This document shows positions 38,274 to 49,917 of a stretch of DNA of 64,000 bases, one piece after another. Each line of letters begins with the position of its first letter. Within the stretch, counting starts at the first letter, position 1. A program made the translations under genes and the position numbers. This stretch comes from Lingula anatina (lineage: Eukaryota > Animalia > Brachiopoda), in NCBI GenBank assembly GCA_051362555.1, contig CM120649.1, positions 11,470,001 to 11,534,000 of the forward strand. Reading direction: 5' to 3'. The notes below the pieces were generated by a model, which was not told where the DNA came from, made no database searches, and saw nothing but the letters and a program-made list of their open reading frames with translations.

Positions 38274-40424
38274 CATTTGTCAAAATTGAAATATTCTTTA
38301 CTTAGAGACTAAATAACATTAGTCAATGATATTTTTATCACAGCGTCTTGTTTCCTAGGAGTCGGATTCCGCGCGAAATTACCATTCACGTGGCCAACGG
38401 GCATAAGTGGTGGACCGAAACGTCGTGGTTGACTCCCCCAACCCCCCCCCCCTCCCCCCGAGCATGTAGTAATGTTGCCGAGGGCATCTGTCGTAATCCA
38501 CGGGCATTGTTACTCTATCCACGCAACAAATCCACAAATGCATCTACTTAATAGACTAAATAGATAAACCGTCCGCGCCCTATTGATTTTAAATCCGACA
38601 CCAGGAGTTTAGGAAGAAGATAATTTAAAGACAATTGATTCATACGGTTAAATATACAACACCGGACATTTTAGCTTTGGGCGCCGTTTAGAAATCATCG
38701 CCGTAGTAAACGGGCCATTATTTAATCCTTAGATGCACAAGAGTTCATTGATCTTTTCCTTTTGTGGGCAATTGCAGACAATACCGATGTTCAAACATTT
38801 GAATCACTGTTCAAAGCAGGCTAAAACACTTATAAATGCTAGTTGGTAAAAATTAATATTTACGAAACGGAATGTAGGCCTACTAAGAGACAAAAATCGT
38901 ACTTATATGACTCACAAATTGTACTATATGCACTATATGTTCGTAAGAGATCGTGTCTCGTGTATATAGCTACATTTAAACATATTAAAGCGTCCTGTTT
39001 AAAGATATATCAAAACGACAGTTTGTGAATTCTAAAACATTTTCTAATAGCAATTATTTTTACAATTTTCAATTTTTTTCAATCTATTTCTGTACTGGTA
39101 CATAGATTGTCATAACCTTGTACAAAATGATATACTAATGACGATACAATATAATTGGTGCATTACCATTTCTCTAGTTGGTAATTATGTTGCCTAGCCG
39201 TTTGTGAATGAAAAAAATAATTTTTATATAATGAACATATGCACTAGTAAAATTACTCATAAAATATTCTATCTAAGCAGCGAGATAAACCTTGGTGTGA
39301 TTATAAATTTACCATAAACATACTATAAACATATGGGTACAAGCATATGTTACACAAAAGGATATGTTCAAACTTAAAGGGAGGGAGAACTACAGTTACA
39401 TAGCTGTTTACAGTTTGATGACATAGATAATTACAATTAATGACAATTACATAAGACATAGATAGGTAAATAAGTTACACAGATATAAATATTGTGCCAT
39501 GTTCAGTCCCACTGTCAAGTCACTTCTCACAACAGTGGGATCATACACTGACATTTTACGGGATATGTTAATTATTTTTACATGTTACTTCAAGTGTTGA
39601 CCAAGCTTTTTACAATGTTATTTATCAACAATGCTGGTAGTTGTGCTTGAAAACATCATCATACTGCCAGGAAGTGAAAATGAAAATAAGGAATGTTTCC
39701 GCTTTGTACCCAATATTGATTTGGGTAAGGAGCAGATAAAAAAAGAGTATCTCAACTTTCCGGTCAAAGACGTAAAAGAATAGGAATATTGAATTTTAAA
39801 ATGGTCTAAAAAGCATAATTTTTGGATTTTGGTACACACACGGCGATAATAATAATAATAAAAATAAGAAGAAGAAGCTTCATTTGAAGAAGGTAAAACA
39901 TGTTAAGTAAAACCCATCTTCGACATGGCCCTTTGAGGGTTAATAAAGTAATTTTTTTAAATCAAATCTTTGATATTGCATACAATTAATTTTGATCCTA
40001 AAACAAGAGATATTGATAGCTAAAATCATTAAATGCTTCTTGTGTATGTTCTCTAGTGTGAATCAGTCTTATATTCTCAACGGAAAATGAATCGGTGTTC
40101 TACTTGAAAATACAGTCAAGAGAACGTTACGGCAGGCACGTATCCGTAGGACTAGCTGCTATGTTTGTGCAACTATCATTCGTCGGAATGCGCAACATTT
40201 AATCGTCGTGTAGCCAATATTGATACCCGCGATGGGGCAAAGCAAGTCTATCTTCTTATACCTCTTACATTTGCAAAGCGAGGCAAATTTCCATTTAGGT
40301 TCTATTTGTTCCGCCTTGTTCATCTTCATGCACCGGAACAATGTAGGAAAAGTAATACCTTTTTCTAAATGAGCATATAGGGGAAAAAGAAATACCATTG
40401 GTTAGTAAATTGATTTTTAGACAA

Positions 40425-42869
40425 TCATGCGGGAAAGGCGCCCCAGCAAGCTACTGCAAAGACATTTCCAAATTTAGGCATCTCCAAATTTCTCTTGGTA
40501 TACATGAAGGTTCCGGGTTCGTCAGGAAAAACTTTTACAGTTCCCTTGTTCATGTTTATCACTTCCATTCCGGCCCCATAATCCACGTTGATTAGCATAT
40601 ATACACTATATTCCATTGGAATGGATTCTAGAAGAGCTTTCAGAAGAAGCTTAAATGCTGCTGGATTATCGGCGTAAAGCGGAGAAATGACTTTCGAACG
40701 CGGCGCATCTTGCACCTGACCATAACCCACGACCTCGCCGCCATCTGTTAATGCCGCGAATGAAGCGGCAGACGGTTTTGCCAGCCACGCTTTCAAGAAC
40801 TTTTCTCTTTGAAATACAATGATGGAGGTGTCGTAGGCGAGCAGAGCTTCAAAGTCAACCTCACTTGTTGGGACAACTTTTATCGCTGAATCGTTTAGTG
40901 TGGTATCAACCCTTAAGGTACCAATATCAAATCGACCTTCGCACAAATGTAAGCGCCCTCCACCAATTTTCATGCCGGTTTTTAAGTTCTGCTGTATTCG
41001 GTAGGACACAGACCAAATCATGACGTTTCTGTCGCCGGCAATTTCCATGGTTCTTGCTGCAATTTTCTTCGCTGAAATTGGCCAAAGTTATTAATAATAT
41101 CGAATATTGCTTACATATCGGGATAACAACTTATCATTTTGGCTAGCTAGAAAAGTGCGATAAAACGGATTTTCCTGGGGTAAACGACGATTTCCAATAC
41201 TTTCCAATGGTTAATGAATCTGTTTCTGCTTTCCAAGTGAGTCAATTGTTTTTTAAACAGAGTTATTTGTTATGATTTCTTAAGAGATTGCTGCGGAGAG
41301 TTGCCGTCTGTGAAGTTCCAAGTGATCCGATAGCAAGCACAGAATGCAGAATAATTACGATAACCGCAGTTTCGGCTGTTAAAAGGAATTAATTGCATTT
41401 AGAACTATGTGTTGTTTACAATATATGTATTGTGGAATTTTTAATTACGTATGAAAAGTTATTATCCCTTGAATGTTTTCATGTTAAATTCAAAACCTCT
41501 CTCTGTTATTTTGGAAACACGACTGAAAAACAAGCGTGAGTTAATGACGATAAAATGAAACATTTTTTGTATAAAATAATGATTTGCAACTAAAGAATGT
41601 GCCCACATATGCGCGTAAACTGTTGCGCTTACTAACATGAAAGAAATAAATGAAAAAATAGCAATATGAGACAGAACACTGCGTAATATTATACAGTTGA
41701 ATCAAAGCAATGATTTAAAGAGGTTATATACCCATACTGTACTTAATAGCTAAATTTCTTAAAAGCACAAGAAAAGAGCCTAAGACAAAAGAAGTCACGT
41801 ACCAACACCAGAGCCTCTGTACTTTGGGTCTACTATGAAGAAGTCGAACATGGCGTTCTTATATATCATCCAGTATAATAACTAATCTTGAACCTGAAAT
41901 AACATACGCAGAATAATGTTATGATTTTGGGTGGCTGGATCAATCTTTGTATAAATTCTGACTTACAGTTAGGTTCAGGCCAAAATCTGTGGACATACAT
42001 TCTGACAGTGGTCCCTTCTCTTTATTCTCTACATGTAAGAGAAATGTCATGAGAACCCGATTTTTTTTCTTCGTGTCTTGTAAAAGGTCAGTTGTAATAT
42101 GTCTCGGGCGTAGGACTATTTCTAGACGAACACACACCGAGACTCACAGATCCGAAACTTGTGTTTACATTTTATTGCCAAAAAACAGAATATATGCGAG
42201 ATGTGCCCATATTTGAAGGAAGTGCGGGAATTTGATAGAAAAACTAAATTTTAGGCAAATATTTCCCTATAAAACACTTTTAAACGCAGACACCCTTTTT
42301 AAAGCGGATACCCCGCTACCGTCAGCTACACAGCTGTCTTTACTTGTTGAATCGGTGCACTTTTCATTTAACAATGTCTTTTTGAAACCGGCACCGTTTA
42401 TCTTTTCATTTTCCCTTCTTATCGAACAACTTGAAACACTGGGTCCTTGAGAACCGTCACTTGTACAGATAAAGAGATAAGCGCCTTTACTGCCGACGCC
42501 TAGTATAATATTTTATGTTCTTTCATGGGGAGAAGAGCAGCTCGGCGAGCTGTAAAATACATTTTCTTTTTTCCCAGTCTGCTTTTTGCCAACCGTCCCA
42601 TTAAACACATGGGGCGACGTCATATGCTGTTATCGAAAAAGGCCCCTATCAGTCGAACATTTTTTTTTTATTTTTTACTTATTGTTATCCTATTTCTCTA
42701 ATACTGTTATTTCAGCGAAAATTTATAAAAAGGGTGCATGTGAAAGAAATAACACAGTTAATTATCAGTTATGGCAGCTGTAAACGAGGTGGAAATGTTA
42801 TTTTAAATCTCAAGAGTTCCAAAGACAATTTAATCTTCCTTGATATGGTCTAGAATTTCTCTCTCTCTC

Positions 42870-42919
<50 letters not shown>

Positions 42920-43385
42920 ACACTTAGTTAGATCGATCCAGAGATTAAGATTTAGATCGACCTAACTCCTTGGGGGTTCACGCTAAATTGCAGTCAGCCG
43001 AGCGCGCACCATAGTTAATTACCCCTTTACAACTTTTAGTAGGCGGGACAGACGCTTAAGCCGGCTAAGCTGACAGTAATCTAGTGAGACTCCCCACAGG
43101 GATAGATCGATCTAAAATCTATGGAAATGGGGTCTTAGTAAGAAATCAAGTGATCAACAAAGAAAAGCTCGATTTGTCCTGACCAATAATCTTGCCATGG
43201 AGATCAGCAACTAGGTAGTGACCGTCTTCCACAATTTCAAGAAATAATTTCAAAGTTTCTTTTGACACACGCCAGTCGACTTTATCGGTAAATTCGTACA
43301 ATTCATCAAGGTCTTCTAGTTTGGCAGGTCGAATAATGACGTCGGAAGCCACGTCCTTCGTGTGATCTGTAGAAGTGACTGACAT
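40425..43385 (-). CDS. Double-GNAT acetyltransferase (YitH/holothin acyltransferase-like), frameshifted in coding exon 2 in this assembly
   Basis: Exons 43385-43184 (MSVTS..VIIRPAKLEDL..YLVADLHGKII), 41893-41803 (motif A FFIVDPKYRGSGV) and 41071-40425 (GEVVGYG..VISPLYADN..LLKALL). The middle exon is 91 nt between two phase-1 introns and hits a TAA. Probable non-coding first exon with donor at ~44378. Confidence 0.75.
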
Positions 43386-43622
43386 CTGGAAAATAAATAA
43401 ATCAAGCAAATTAAAATCTTCATGTTATTCCCTTATTTTTTCCCTATAATTTATTTCAGATTTGTTCTTGGAAAATAAGTTCATGTGCGTGGGCTTTTAA
43501 TCCCCAACCCTCCTTTCGCCTGTTATAAACTTCACAGGGCCGACCGCTACTTAAGTAACTTAACTGATTAATTATGATGGAAAACTTAAGAGCTGTCTTA
43601 TGATTATGAATAAATGTCAAAC

Positions 43623-43803
43623 CAAGGAGTTACAACAGAAATAACGCACATGAAATTAATCTCCTAGCTGTGGAGAGCGACGCAGACGAAACCTTTAGCC
43701 CCCCCACCCCCCACCCCCATCCCCACCCCCACCCCACCCCACCGTAACAGACATCGGACAATACAGAGGCTTATGTATAATCTCCTTCTGTTGTAACTCC
43801 TTG
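43623..43803. mobile_element. P-superfamily (Galileo-like) MITE, 181 bp
   Basis: TIR CAAGGAGTTACAACAGAA/TTCTGTTGTAACTCCTTG. Exact 7-bp TSD GTCAAAC at 43616-43622 and 43804-43810. Confidence 0.8.
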
Positions 43804-45145
43804 GTCAAACATACTGAAAGCTACGCTGGTGAGATCGTTTCATGAACTCCAGTCCAAATCGTATTATGGAACGTTGTTTTAACCGTCCTTTTGTTGAGTG
43901 ATACTTGACTGTAGTTCCCTTTCACAACGTCCATGTTTTAGACTTGGTACACGCCTGACATCCCTGTGATTTATTTGATTTGCTATATTAAAAGTATAGA
44001 TAAGTCTGGGTCTTATAAACTGTGTCTCAATGCGGTAAGCATGTACAGGAATATTCCTGGTACCGGTATATTGTTTGGCTTTGATTCAGTAGATTGAGGC
44101 TGGGTGTTGAGGCTCTCATCTTCATGGGGAGGGGAGGGGATAGATACAGCCCAGCATGCCATATGAGGATCCGAAAGCTAGCAAACGAACACTATCATTC
44201 TCTGCCAGACCAGGTCCTGTACCTTGCTTCAACCCCCAAGTGCCAAGCGGAGAGACAGAAGACCGTTTGTGAAGGTCTCAAAACTGACAGGAAACGAGCT
44301 CCGTATACGTATTCACATCACATTTCAAATGTAACCCAGGCACAAATCGTATAATGTTATATACCGGTTTTCACTCACCTTAACTCCTGCTAGTCCCTTG
44401 ATTGTACAGGTATAGATAAACTGTTGCGCAATACGATGCGCCTTGGGCACATGTTTATACCGGTAGATAAAATGAGGTCAATCCGTTCAAAAATAAACAT
44501 TAAACGTATGCATTAGACATGGTTCTGTATTCCCCTATCTGCGTTCACACTCTTCGTCCTACTTTCCTCCGCTCTTTACCAAGTAAAAAAATCTAAGGAA
44601 AGTCTTACAAAAGCATTGTTTTTGCTTTTCAAACGAATGTTATTGAATATATCAAAACTGGGATCTTTAGTAGGTCCCAGCTTTAAAATACTACATTAAA
44701 ATACTTGGATCACGGTTTCATAATATTTCATTTTAAATTTTACCATTCGCACAGAAAATAATTCAAACGCATCTATTGGATTTTTTATTTCATGTCATGC
44801 GATTTAAAAAAAATCAATATATATTTCAAACACTAGCCCTTCAAAACCAGTGTTATCTCGAATTTTAGTTCATTTTTATTCCTTTAGAGCGACTAAAGAT
44901 TTGATGCTTTTCATACAACATATTAATAACACAATACCAGTCATTACTAAAAACAGGTTGGTTTACTTACAAACAACGGTGCTTTTTATCTTATTTTTTT
45001 TTAAATCTAAATTACAACAACAACAACAGCAATAATAACTTCAACAGCAGCAATAATAACTAATAATAATCATGGTGGTGATTTATTGGTGCCTAAATGA
45101 TACATCCGACACATTAGTAGGCCTACATGCCGTCTATCTACACAA

Positions 45146-45387
45146 CCCCTGTGAAAATTTGTCTCATTTAACGCTCACATTACGGTTCTCAGTCTCTCCT
45201 AGAACATAATGTTTTTCTCTTCAAATGAAAATTGTTCTAAAACATTTTGAAAGACTTCCCAAAAACAGTTCTCGAACTGTTACATTCATTACAGAACAAC
45301 ATTAGAACTGTAAAAAAATACACCAAATGTTCTAGAATAGACTGAGAACCGTAAGTGAACGTTAAGTGAGACAAACATTCGCAGGGG
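45146..45387. mobile_element. MITE with CCCC termini and ~60-bp imperfect TIRs (CMC-like)
   Basis: CCCCTGTGAAAATTTGTCTCATTTAACGCTCACATTACGGTTCTCAGTC pairs with GACTGAGAACCGTAAGTGAACGTTAAGTGAGACAAACATTCGCAGGGG. Confidence 0.7.
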
Positions 45388-46258
45388 AGGGCAATCTTGT
45401 CTGATTCCTTGATCTATAAAACAATTATTGCAGATCAGATGGCTGTAAAAATGAAAATATGATATAAAAAATTTTATAATGCATATAGGTACTACATCAG
45501 GTACTTGTATAGGCATAATTCTAAACCCTTGTAGGATTCTATAGGAAACTGGCCCAATTTCCTGTAGGATTCTATAGGATCTTATAGGATCCTATAAGAC
45601 TTTTTCGTTAAGGAAATTATATTTAATTATATACCTACTATAATGTTATTACTATAAACCATATACAAATTATTACATCAAATATTTTAGGATACTATCC
45701 ATATAACAATCAGAACTGCACATAACATACGGCCCTATGAAAGGGTTGACTATACTGCTTGTGGACAACAGAATTTCGCGCCTTTTTACCTGACTTCCGT
45801 TAAGCAGTTTACCTGAGATTATCTAGGTCAAGGTGCTTGTGGATTACAACGTACTATTTATAATGGCTCCGCTACCGACACTGTCGTCTTTTCAGGAACA
45901 AGATTAAATCTAATTACCCTGCGGTGGCGGTTGAATAAGGCTTAAGGATATGGATCTTTTTCATTTACTTATTTCGGTTGGTCGGGTTTAATGCATTAAC
46001 TTGGTCGACAAAGGTGTAGTGCAAACGTCAGTCGGACGGATTAAGCAGTAGCCTGTTAAGTTTATGCAAACAATATGGAGGCTTCTAGACACATGTGAGC
46101 GTATATCCAGGTAGGTCGACGGTGTGGTGTTGCTGTGATGTCCTGAATGTGTGGAGTTAATACAGGTGCAATGTTCAGGATGTCATTTCGGTAGACGTGG
46201 ACATACTTTAGCGTTGTACATGTATGATACACTAGCTATTACATGGGTTCACAACGGT

Positions 46259-46309
<51 letters not shown>

Positions 46310-46359
46310 TGTTTCTGAAACACAGGGACGAGCACATGCACCTTTCTCTCTCTCTCTTG

Positions 46360-46403
<44 letters not shown>

Positions 46404-46917
46404 GTCACACATGTACATGTACCTGGGAAGCGTGAGGATCTAAGGTCGTAGCCTACTCATATTGTTAATCAGTTAAATATCCCTGTAAGAGCAGCTCTAC
46501 CAACATAGTTGATATTAATTCGTTATAGAGCATCTCTTGCTGCAGAATCCTATAAAACCAAATGATTGTACTGTGCATTGAGAAAATTTAGACTGCTTTG
46601 ACAGCTCAGCTTGTCCGTCACATACCTCTGATTCTTATCACACTGGGCTATGAAGTAGATTTATGCCGTTCGCTTCCTGTATATAGACCCACAACACGCC
46701 CCCTTTTCTGTGTGCGCGTCCATCCCCCCCCCCCCCCCCCCCCCCGTACCAAACGGCACTGTTGACTTAGATGTTTAATGCCCACAATTTATGTTTAATG
46801 TTATCTAATATCAATTGTAAATGTTACAGAAATAATGTGATTTGTTAATTTATTGAGTCGTTTAATTAGCTATCAATTTATTTATTTATTTTCAGACAAG
46901 GAACTGCGTCAGACGTG

Positions 46918-48090
46918 ATGAAAAAAAGAAACAACAAGTTGATATTGTCTGAAATGAAACAATTTATCATGAACTTGCCGGCTGGTTATGTGAAACGGCT
47001 GACACTGGCAGTGATACTTCTTTTGTCCTGTCTTTTCATCACAGTCGAAATATGGCAGAAAACTGCTCATGCCAATTCAAGAAACGCACGCTTCAACAGC
47101 AGACGACTTTGGTTATCGGCAGACGACGACGTCAGTGAAAACCAATTGCCGCAAAAAGCTCACGATAATTTCGAGATAAACAAAGAGAATCTTTTTTTGA
47201 ATCCGAAGGATTTGCAAAACCCTCCTAATCACGTGACGATATACGATTTCAGCCAACCGAATGACGACGTGTACAAGTGTCCGGAGCTGCGGTTACGGAC
47301 AGTGAAGACTCCAATATGCATCTATTCTTATTCCGACGACGTGTATATTTCTGGCGACATCATAAAGGGGCACATCTTTGAGAGAATGCTTGTCACCCAT
47401 TTCCAGGACTTGCTGATCAGCGACCCACACATGCAGTTTATAGACATCGGTGCTAATATTGGTGTGTGGTCGCTTAACGCTGCCAATATGGGACGCCAGG
47501 TGCTAGCGGTGGAGCCGTTCTTTGCAAGCTACAGGCGCTTCCAGCGCAGCGTCATTCTCGGACACTACGAGAACAACGTCACTCTTGTTACCAACCCAAT
47601 CTCGAATAAACGAGAGTACGTGACTTTTAAATCTACACCGGGAAATAAAGGAGGGACATCAATAATACCAATCAGTGAAATGAAAATAGTTCCAAAAGAC
47701 GCTCCAATTGTCTCAACAATAACATTAAATGATCTTGTTAGCGTCATTGACTTTAAATTTTCTAGGGCATTTTTGAAGATTGACATTGAAGGCAATGAGC
47801 TTAAGGCCCTGGCAGCATGTGACGAATTGTTAGCAAAAATCGACATTCCCTTCATAGAACTTGAATGGGACCAAATAAGGAAACACACCAATGAAACTGC
47901 TGAACTTGTTAATCGCATGTCAGCAAAGGGGTATCTCCCCTTTAAGGACGGCTTAGTTATTCCTGGATATATCTTGGGGCCAATGAAAAACGACACAAGA
48001 TGGCGTGGTATGGGTCAGTTAATGTTTGCCAAGAAAAGTTACATTGAAAAGAGAATGAATTATGTTTTAACAAAAGATTCGTACAGGTGA
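46918..48090 (+). CDS. FkbM-family SAM-dependent methyltransferase with N-terminal type II membrane anchor (~390 aa)
   Basis: Single coding exon after an acceptor at 46895; upstream donor at ~46111. TM segment LTLAVILLLSCLFITVEIW, SAM motif FIDIGANIG, VLAVEP, FLKIDIEGNE. Confidence 0.9.
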   Translation: MKKRNNKLILSEMKQFIMNLPAGYVKRLTLAVILLLSCLFITVEIWQKTAHANSRNARFNSRRLWLSADDDVSENQLPQKAHDNFEINKENLFLNPKDLQNPPNHVTIYDFSQPNDDVYKCPELRLRTVKTPICIYSYSDDVYISGDIIKGHIFERMLVTHFQDLLISDPHMQFIDIGANIGVWSLNAANMGRQVLAVEPFFASYRRFQRSVILGHYENNVTLVTNPISNKREYVTFKSTPGNKGGTSIIPISEMKIVPKDAPIVSTITLNDLVSVIDFKFSRAFLKIDIEGNELKALAACDELLAKIDIPFIELEWDQIRKHTNETAELVNRMSAKGYLPFKDGLVIPGYILGPMKNDTRWRGMGQLMFAKKSYIEKRMNYVLTKDSYR

Positions 48091-48204
48091 CCCTTGTGTT
48101 TGGCATATCAAATTCCACTGGTTTTCATTTTTTTTTTAAATATTCAATGCTTGTTCAAAGTAACGTTCGATAAAGATTTCGATGGAGAATTTTTTCTCAC
48201 GCAT

Positions 48205-48274
<70 letters not shown>

Positions 48275-49917
48275 CCTTTACTAGAGCAATTCCTATCTTT
48301 TAAAAGCATTATTATTAAGGATCACGATATCATGTATGCTGGTAAGTATTGGAAAATTGCGAAGAATGTTTGGAAAAAGAACAGTTTCCTTACTTATTAC
48401 CGCCACAAACTCGTACAAATAGATCTGTTCATCCATTGAATGTTGATTGAAGAAGTTAATTTTAACCGCATCAACAAGTTATGAGAACTCTGCATGACGT
48501 CAACAATGGTAAAAAAATTCTAGAGAGACTAAACGTGTTTTACCTAGTATGACAGTGAATTTCGACCCTTAGGCAACAGTTAAAGAAGGAGCTATACATC
48601 ATGCCTCATAACAATAGGTCAAAACAGGTTTAATTTCTTTAGAAAAAAATCACCCTTTTATTGTCTTAAGACAAGAGACATCGAGAGCACCATTTCGCCG
48701 AAATGCACCTACAGTATATTAACAGAATGGGATTGTTGGGAATTTAACTAAATCTGTTGTCTTCCTCTACAGCAATCTATTTTGATAGTTTATTTCACAT
48801 TATGGCAACGAATATATAACGTCTTTTGGCTTTGCCAAAGTCCAAATTCTAACTGAAGGGATATTCCTGTTCAAGTATATTTCTTTACAACACACTGAAA
48901 GTTTTCTGCACATTTCATTAGATATGGGACTAAGGTAAATAGTTTTTTGTCGAATTTTGTATTTAGGTGATGGAAAAAAGCAAATCAATTTTTTTCGAGA
49001 CTCCGTGACAAACCGTTGGTGTCTTAAAACTGCTTACGTGTATTTATTACCGACAATAGACATGTACAGTAGAATAATCTAAAAATGCCAAAGAAGTAAA
49101 GGCATTTGATGTAACCGTTTTAATACCATTAGTACTTATGTTTTGTTTCTACATTTTCATGTTAAACAGGTAGTGATTTTATTGCCTTGTGTATCTGCTT
49201 ATTAAGTGCCATTTGCATTACCATACTTTTGTACCTAATTTCGACTATGACAATGTGATAAAAAAGGCAACTTTAATTTATTTCAGTTGTTGCTTTTAAT
49301 AGAATTATAATAATTATATTATACATGTCCAATATAAGTTATTGTTTATACTTTAAATGTAGTAGAACTCGTTGATCTCTTTCATGAGTATTTATATTAC
49401 TTGTGCTAGTAATTCAGAGTTTTCATAATAAATTGGAAGTCATATTTTCTCCGTTGCGTCTTTCATTTCTTCTATTGCTCTGAAAGATTGGGGATTTCAT
49501 AGCATTGCTAAAAAGTTGGTACAACAGTAACAGAAATGCAAATAAATAAATAAATAAATAAATAAATAAAAAAAATTAATAATAATAAAAAAACTCCCTA
49601 CCGATAAAAATTTAAACGCAAACATTTTCTTTCTTTGATCTCTATAACTCAATATATGAACTTGTTTATATCTAAAATTTTGTGACACGAAATCTAAAAG
49701 AAAAAAGCGTATATGCAAAAGAATAAAAGCAAATGTTCAAATGAAGCATATTAATTATCATTTCGATTTTTCTAATTGTCAGAATATCAGTCTTATATTT
49801 TTCTTCTTGCCACAGCCTCAGTATATGCATTTAATTACCGCTTCTTAGAAGATAAATTAACAGAGTACAAGGTGATTGAAAATTTAAGCAAAATGTCAAG
49901 AACCTTTAAAAATATGG

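Noticed and set aside
42929-43113. Possible SINE/tRNA-like or MITE segment bounded by TAGATCGATC
   Set aside because: Only a 10-bp inverted match, with no recognisable A/B boxes or cloverleaf. Cannot be classified from one copy.
47565-47996. Antisense ORF in FkbM; likewise ORFs antisense to the TLR, FN3 and PAN exons
   Set aside because: Shadow ORFs of real coding sequence, with no motifs of their own.
40425-48090. Bacterial contamination as the source of GNAT and FkbM
   Set aside because: Spliceosomal introns, host MITEs and microsatellites, and contiguity with TLR and PAK show these are host genes.
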